DNA of 29,951 nucleotides from a virus (lineage: Duplodnaviria; Caudoviricetes). The notes below the pieces were generated by a model. That model did not search any database and was not told the origin of the DNA. It saw only the letters and a list, made by a program, of their open reading frames with translations. The stretch is from positions 1 through 29,951 of IMG/VR virus record IMGVR_UViG_3300044476_000088; one strand, 5' to 3'. The translations under genes and the position numbers were made by a program. This document shows, one piece after another, positions 25,849-29,951 of this stretch. The stretch's first letter is position 1. Every line of letters starts with the position of its first letter.

Positions 25849-26548
25849 GCGCGGCGTCACAATGTTTTCTGTGATCGGTGCCAAGCTGCAGTTCTGCTAC
25901 ATGCAGCGCCCCGACTTCGAACTGCAATTCCGCATGACCAAGAACGACGGCAGGGAGCTGCTCAAGGTCTGGACGGAGAGCGACAGCATCGAGATCACTG
26001 CCGAAGCCCTCAGCCAGCTCCAGACCATGAAGATGCTGGAGAAGCCCATCCTCGCCGACGCCAAGGTCACGAAGGAACCGAAGCCTTCGACGAAGCCGGT
26101 GGTGCAGCAGACTGCGCCTGCGCCTGCTCCGAAGGTCGAGGAGAAGAAGGCTGCGCCTGCGCCTGCTCCGAAGGTCGAGGAGAAGAAGCCTGCGCCTGCG
26201 CCTGCGCCTGCACCGAAGGTGAAGGCCGAAGAGAAGAAGCCTGCGCCGAAGGCGAAGCCTGTAGCAAAGAAGGTCGAAGAGAAGAAGCCTGCGCCGAAGG
26301 CGAAGCCTGCTCCGAAGGCGAAGAAGCCTGAGCTGAAGACCCAGCCCCAACTCTCCATCGTCCAGGGCTCCTGCCCTGACGCCGTGCTGCGTGAGATCAA
26401 GCGGCACAAGAACGCTGTCACCGCTCCCCAGGTGTTCGACAAGCTTGGCGACGACTTCTCCTGGGACAACGTCCGCACTGCTATGTTCCGGCTGGAGCGC
26501 ATGCGCCTGATCAAGCGCGTCGGGCGTGGTGAGTTCGTTGCCGCGTAG
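25790..26548 (+). CDS. Protein with Ala/Pro/Lys repeat linker and C-terminal winged-helix-like domain
   Basis: TAAGGAG RBS; APAPAPKVEEKK repeats; C-terminal VTAPQVFDKL...NVRTAMFRLERMRLIKRVGRGEF. Confidence 0.8.
   Translation: MKLAINKSNKTQSVVIGETERGVTMFSVIGAKLQFCYMQRPDFELQFRMTKNDGRELLKVWTESDSIEITAEALSQLQTMKMLEKPILADAKVTKEPKPSTKPVVQQTAPAPAPKVEEKKAAPAPAPKVEEKKPAPAPAPAPKVKAEEKKPAPKAKPVAKKVEEKKPAPKAKPAPKAKKPELKTQPQLSIVQGSCPDAVLREIKRHKNAVTAPQVFDKLGDDFSWDNVRTAMFRLERMRLIKRVGRGEFVAA
26111..26330 (+). repeat. Intragenic tandem repeats (~39-nt unit, APAPAPKVEEKK / KPAPKA)
   Basis: GCGCCTGCGCCTGCTCCGAAGGTCGAGGAGAAGAAG twice exactly, then degenerate copies. Confidence 0.9.
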
Positions 26549-26562
26549 CAGGAGATACTTTT

Positions 26563-26664
26563 ATGGAGCCGCTCGTCGCCGCGATCTGCAACGCCTGCGA
26601 CGAGCAGCTTACCTGCCCTCTCGCCTACCTCGGAAACGGATGCCTGCCTACGGAGAAGCCATGA
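26563..26664 (+). CDS. 33-aa Cys-rich microprotein
   Basis: MEPLVAAICNACDEQLTCPLAYLGNGCLPTEKP; AGGAG RBS; ATGA overlap with the next gene. Confidence 0.55.
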   Translation: MEPLVAAICNACDEQLTCPLAYLGNGCLPTEKP

Positions 26665-27305
26665 CCCCATCCAAACTCGCCGAAATCCTGCGCCTGCACA
26701 AGCTCTGGCTAAAGGGTGACACTACCGGGCAGTGTGCCGACCTGCGCTACATCAACCTGAGCAGAGCCGATCTGAGCAGAGCCGACCTGCGCAACGCCGA
26801 CCTGCGCGACGCCGACCTGCGCGGTGCCGACCTGCGCAACGCCGACCTGCGCAACGCCGACCTGCGCGGTGCCGACCTGCGCAACGCCGACCTGCGCGAC
26901 GCCGACCTGCGCGGTGCCGACCTGCGCAACGCCAACCTGAGCAACGCCGACCTGCGCGAGGCCGACCTGCGCAACGCCAACCTGAGCAGAGCCTACCTGT
27001 ACTACGCCAACCTGCGCGGAGCCTACCTGAGCGAGGGCCTGATTGCATCCACCGTCCGCGCTATGGACGGCCTATACAAATACCCCTGCTGGGCCGTAGT
27101 CGCCTCTGATGGCACCCCCTGGGTGCGTATGGGGTGCCTCTGGAAGACGGTCGAGGAGTGGGACCGCATCGGCATTAGGAACAGTAATCCCGAGGAGTTC
27201 AAGCGCGAGTCGTCGGAGGATTCCGCGAGACGCGCCAGGACGTTCTACTTCGTTCGGGAAGAGGCTCTGATCCTAGCCAAGCAGTTCAAACGTGCCTCGG
27301 CGTGA
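26661..27305 (+). CDS. Pentapeptide repeat protein
   Basis: Start moved to ATG 26661 (GGAG RBS); L.EILRLHKLWL leader, 20 A(D/N)LRx units and C-terminal VRMGC...VEEW domain. Confidence 0.92.
   Translation: MTPSKLAEILRLHKLWLKGDTTGQCADLRYINLSRADLSRADLRNADLRDADLRGADLRNADLRNADLRGADLRNADLRDADLRGADLRNANLSNADLREADLRNANLSRAYLYYANLRGAYLSEGLIASTVRAMDGLYKYPCWAVVASDGTPWVRMGCLWKTVEEWDRIGIRNSNPEEFKRESSEDSARRARTFYFVREEALILAKQFKRASA
26736..27035 (+). repeat. 15-bp tandem repeat (GCCGACCTGCGCnnn), 20 units
   Basis: Encodes the pentapeptide repeats. Confidence 0.92.
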
Positions 27306-27322
27306 GCCGGAAGGAGGAACCC

Positions 27323-27491
27323 ATGAAGATCCGTCAAGAAGAGCCCAAATTCAAGCCAGTGACGATCACGCTCGACACACGGGATGAGGTAACGGCTTTC
27401 TGGGGGGGCCATTGAAGGACACCAGGATGAGCCAGCCCGGAAGATGGCGATTCGGATTTCCAACTGGTTCACCTCGAACCTTTACACCTAA
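27323..27491 (+). pseudogene. Small gene frameshifted at a G7 tract
   Basis: AAGGAGG RBS. The frame stops at 27415 after G7 (27402-27408); with G6 it reads through as a 55-aa ORF ending at TAA 27491. Confidence 0.6.
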
Positions 27492-27508
27492 CACCCAGGA
27501 GGAAGCCC

Positions 27509-27763
27509 ATGTCTGAAGAAGTCATCCACCCTGTGAACGGACAGACCCTTAGGATCTGCCCGCGCTGCCTGAAGTTCGCCCCGGCCTCCGCCGAGTTACA
27601 CACCTGCAACCCCTCGGCCTATGCCCGCGAGATGGAGGCGAAACTGGACCGCTACCGGGAGGCCCTGGAAAAGCTGGCTAGGCTGGGCAACGAACCGCGC
27701 CTCGGAAACAGCGAGGGCAACTGTATTGCACAGAAAGCCCTCGGCATTGACCACGTCGCCTAA
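27509..27763 (+). CDS. Hypothetical protein with CxxC...HxC motif
   Basis: AGGAGG RBS; CPRC...HTC; coiled-coil C-terminal half. Confidence 0.75.
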   Translation: MSEEVIHPVNGQTLRICPRCLKFAPASAELHTCNPSAYAREMEAKLDRYREALEKLARLGNEPRLGNSEGNCIAQKALGIDHVA

Positions 27764-27777
27764 TATCAGGAGGAACC

Positions 27778-27975
27778 ATGTGTTGCAAGGCAGTCGATGA
27801 CAAAGTGGCCGAGCTGGAAGCGATCATCGACGCGCTGCTCGAAGCAAGACCAACCCACCCGGTGTGCGAGGACTTCGACCACCGCTCGAAGGATTTCCAC
27901 CAGAGTCCAGCGTGCCCTTGCGTGCTACGTTGGGAGGCTGCTGTCCGCCGCGCTGTCGCGGTCAGAGAGGAGTAG
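27778..27975 (+). CDS. Hypothetical Cys/His-rich protein (65 aa)
   Basis: AGGAGG RBS; CEDFDH...H...CPC. Confidence 0.7.
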   Translation: MCCKAVDDKVAELEAIIDALLEARPTHPVCEDFDHRSKDFHQSPACPCVLRWEAAVRRAVAVREE

Positions 27976-27977
27976 TG

Positions 27978-28130
27978 ATGAAGCTCGTTGAGCTCAAGGC
28001 GCTCATGCGCGCGTCCATCCTCGGCGGCATCCTAGCACGGTGTGATCGCGAATCTCCCAGATGGGAGCAGGCGCACGAGGAAGCAGAAAAGGAGGTCGAC
28101 GTCATCCTCCGTGAACTCGGCTTGGAGTGA
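27978..28130 (+). CDS. Hypothetical protein (50 aa)
   Basis: GAGGAG RBS; MKLVELKALMRASILGG... Confidence 0.65.
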   Translation: MKLVELKALMRASILGGILARCDRESPRWEQAHEEAEKEVDVILRELGLE

Positions 28131-28252
28131 GCGTCTCCCCCTGCCGCGTAGCAGGTCGTGACAACCCTAACCGGAACGATGTGGTGGCGGTTGTGTCGGA
28201 ACACGAAAACAATCAAGGCTGCTCTCACGGGGGCACCTGCTAGGGGGACACC

Positions 28253-28540
28253 ATGGTCGTGAAGCTCAGCTACTCTGCGAAGTGGCAACGCGCGGCACGC
28301 TCGCAGCACCGCAAGGAACGTCGCTGCGGATGCGGACGCGAGCGGTGGGAAGGCTACCGCAAGTGCCTCATGTGTCTGATCCAGTCGCGTGTGAACTCGC
28401 GCATCTATCGTCGACGCGTAGCACCACACGCCATCGCGCTCGGCTTCTGCTCGCGCTGCCTCATACGTGAGGCGATGCCGGACCACGCGAACTGTGGGAT
28501 GTGCGCAGAGTATCTTGCTACACGAAGAGGCCCCCGATGA
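28253..28540 (+). CDS. Basic multi-Cys (zinc-finger-like) protein
   Basis: CGCG, CLMC, CSRC and CGMC; Arg-rich; AGGGGG RBS. Confidence 0.7.
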   Translation: MVVKLSYSAKWQRAARSQHRKERRCGCGRERWEGYRKCLMCLIQSRVNSRIYRRRVAPHAIALGFCSRCLIREAMPDHANCGMCAEYLATRRGPR

Positions 28541-28554
28541 TGGGGGCCTTTTTC
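28524..28554. terminator. Bidirectional rho-independent terminator between convergent early and lysis units
   Basis: GAAG-AGGCCCCC-GATGAT-GGGGGCCT-TTTTC. Confidence 0.85.
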
Positions 28555-28557
28555 GTT

Positions 28558-29085
28558 TCAGAACGAGATCGAGGCTACGAGGTAGCCGCGCGTCTCGTCG
28601 CGGTCATGGGTGACGATCCCTCCCAGGCTCACAGGTCCAAGCCTGCGCAGGTATCCCAGCAGGTAGCTCTGCTCGGCTGGATCATAGCCGCCCAGCAGCG
28701 TGTGGTTCGTTGGTGCTGCGACGGGCTTCGTCTGCACGACGATGTCATGCCCTGTGACCGCGCCGTCAGGACTGCTCACCACCACCCGTGTCTGCCCGTC
28801 CGGCGTCTCCACCAACGTAGCATCCACATGGACCTCCCTGCCCTCGGGGTTTGAAGTGGGTGTTACGGTAATCTCCTCGACGCGTAGCACACGCGCTCCG
28901 CTGGGAAGTGCGTGCCGCGCCTTCGCCTTCGGGCTGGCCTCCTTCTGCAGCACCACGCTGCCGTCGCCCTGCGCGATTGCAGGAGCATTCACCTCGGCAA
29001 CCGCAGGCTTCGGGCGGAACATCCACCACCCGAGCGAGAACCCCACGGTGAGCGCGAGTCCTCCCACGATGACGTGTGACCTCAT
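28558..29085 (-). CDS. Lysis-cassette membrane protein (spanin-like position)
   Basis: N-terminal TM; beta-rich body ending in GYLVASISF; AGGAAGG RBS; ATGA-coupled to the holin. Confidence 0.7.
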   Translation of the reverse strand: MRSHVIVGGLALTVGFSLGWWMFRPKPAVAEVNAPAIAQGDGSVVLQKEASPKAKARHALPSGARVLRVEEITVTPTSNPEGREVHVDATLVETPDGQTRVVVSSPDGAVTGHDIVVQTKPVAAPTNHTLLGGYDPAEQSYLLGYLRRLGPVSLGGIVTHDRDETRGYLVASISF

Positions 29086-29303
29086 TTGTCGCCTTCCTTC
29101 CTGATCCGATTGCCGAACGCTTCAACGGTGAGCCCTCCCGTGATCATCAAACAGAACGTGCCGAACGCGTAGTTCCACTCGGTGGTCAGCTCGCGGTTCG
29201 AGAGCCACACGATGGCGGCTACAACACCAGCACCATACGCCAGCAGCTTGATCTCGGCAGTGTGGTCCTGCCGATCCCACAGACTCTTGAGCCATCGCCA
29301 CAC
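29082..29303 (-). CDS. Putative holin (2 TM)
   Basis: 73 aa, two hydrophobic segments, charged C-tail RIRKEGDK; GAGGAGG RBS; directly after the endolysin. Confidence 0.75.
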   Translation of the reverse strand: MWRWLKSLWDRQDHTAEIKLLAYGAGVVAAIVWLSNRELTTEWNYAFGTFCLMITGGLTVEAFGNRIRKEGDK

Positions 29304-29717
29304 TTATGCCTCCTCGTAGCATGGCCGTCCCTGCACTCTGCGCATGCGCAGCGTCTGACGGCGAGGTTTCTCAGCCCAGCTCACATGGATCCACGTAGGC
29401 TCGATGATGAGTTGGTCGTAGGGGATCTCCGAACTCTTGATGCGGTGGAACGCTTCCTCCAATGACATCGTAAGGGGCAGCACGTCCGCTGCTTGACCTT
29501 TCATGTGCTGCGAGTTCTTGGCGGATCCAGCGATGGCGGCGTTCACTGCCACCGTGCGGAAGCCTGAGTTGACGCGCAGTGGGCCGACAAGGATGCGCGC
29601 TGGTTCCAGGATGGTTTTGCACAACCGCACCAACGCTGCGAGCTGTACAGCGTTGGGCGTGTTGGGCAGACCTGTGCCTGTAGCAGTCAGCTCCTCCATG
29701 GAGAAGTGATCGGACAT
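29304..29717 (-). CDS. Endolysin, peptidase M15 (M15_3/M15A-like Zn peptidase)
   Basis: SDHFSMEEL, NSGFR...N..I.G..NSQHMKGQAAD, YDQLIIE and WIHVS. Confidence 0.9.
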   Translation of the reverse strand: MSDHFSMEELTATGTGLPNTPNAVQLAALVRLCKTILEPARILVGPLRVNSGFRTVAVNAAIAGSAKNSQHMKGQAADVLPLTMSLEEAFHRIKSSEIPYDQLIIEPTWIHVSWAEKPRRQTLRMRRVQGRPCYEEA

Positions 29718-29719
29718 CC

Positions 29720-29951
29720 TTACCATTCCATCCTCGGCGCGTCAGCGAGCAGCTCTTCCTTCGTTGGTGCTACACGCTTACCGGCTGTCACATCCGCCAT
29801 GACCTGGTAGCCGTAACTCCAGACCGCGTCGCGGAAGGAGAGCCCCTTCATCCCCTCGTGACCGAACTTCGGATGAGGACTGGCGGCATAGGAACAGAGC
29901 GACAAGATCCCGTCGTAATTACGGGTTTTCGCCTCGGTGTCCATGTAGGCC
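29720..29951 (-). CDS. C-terminal part of a tail-fibre-associated phage protein (enters from the right edge)
   Basis: Frame is open past the edge (..AYMDTEA..); YDGILSLCSYA.S..PKF..EG.....RDAVW...P..EEL..P..W pattern typical of proteins following tail fibres. Confidence 0.65.
   Translation of the reverse strand, partial: AYMDTEAKTRNYDGILSLCSYAASPHPKFGHEGMKGLSFRDAVWSYGYQVMADVTAGKRVAPTKEELLADAPRMEW

Noticed and set aside
26736-27035. Regular repeats as a possible CRISPR array
   Set aside because: The 15-bp units are contiguous with no spacers and are explained by pentapeptide coding.
15660-27922. TGCTAC-free gaps (15660-17330 and 26551-27922) as markers of recent gene acquisition
   Set aside because: With ~79 sites at ~380-bp mean spacing, a largest gap of ~1.6 kb is expected by chance.
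1-29951. Diversity-generating retroelement, suggested by the BPP-1-like structural genes
   Set aside because: No reverse transcriptase or TR/VR pair in the window; the tail-fibre region lies outside, so it cannot be excluded for the whole genome.
1-29951. Stop-codon reassignment
   Set aside because: Core genes are full length under the standard code, and TAG, TGA and TAA all end genes.
1-29951. CCCGGG avoidance
   Set aside because: None seen, but only ~14 CCCGG contexts exist, too few to judge by eye.

Overview
About 30 kb of a high-GC (roughly 60-65% by eye) short-tailed dsDNA phage genome. The left half (minus strand, 1-14.4 kb) is a BPP-1/epsilon15-like packaging and virion module: terS, terL, two small membrane proteins, portal, Bbp19-like, scaffold, major capsid, cement, tail tubular A/B and internal virion proteins. 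An AT-rich, repeat-rich ~0.9 kb divergent control/origin-like region follows. The plus strand (15.3-28.5 kb) carries the early/replication module: primase-helicase, DUF3310, a J-domain/zinc-finger protein, an SSB-like protein, family A DNA polymerase, Cas4-like exonuclease, VRR-NUC, SNF2 helicase, a pentapeptide protein and small ORFs. It ends at a bidirectional terminator facing a lysis cassette (M15 endolysin, holin, atypical spanin-like protein). No integrase, RNA polymerase, reverse transcriptase, tRNA or CRISPR array was seen. The most striking unexplained signals are window-wide: the non-palindromic hexamer TGCTAC/GTAGCA occurs about 79 times (hand count, ~12 expected), while GTAC, CTCGAG and CGATCG are almost or completely absent. 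Product calls come from motif recognition and gene order only; no database search was run, and all counts are by hand.
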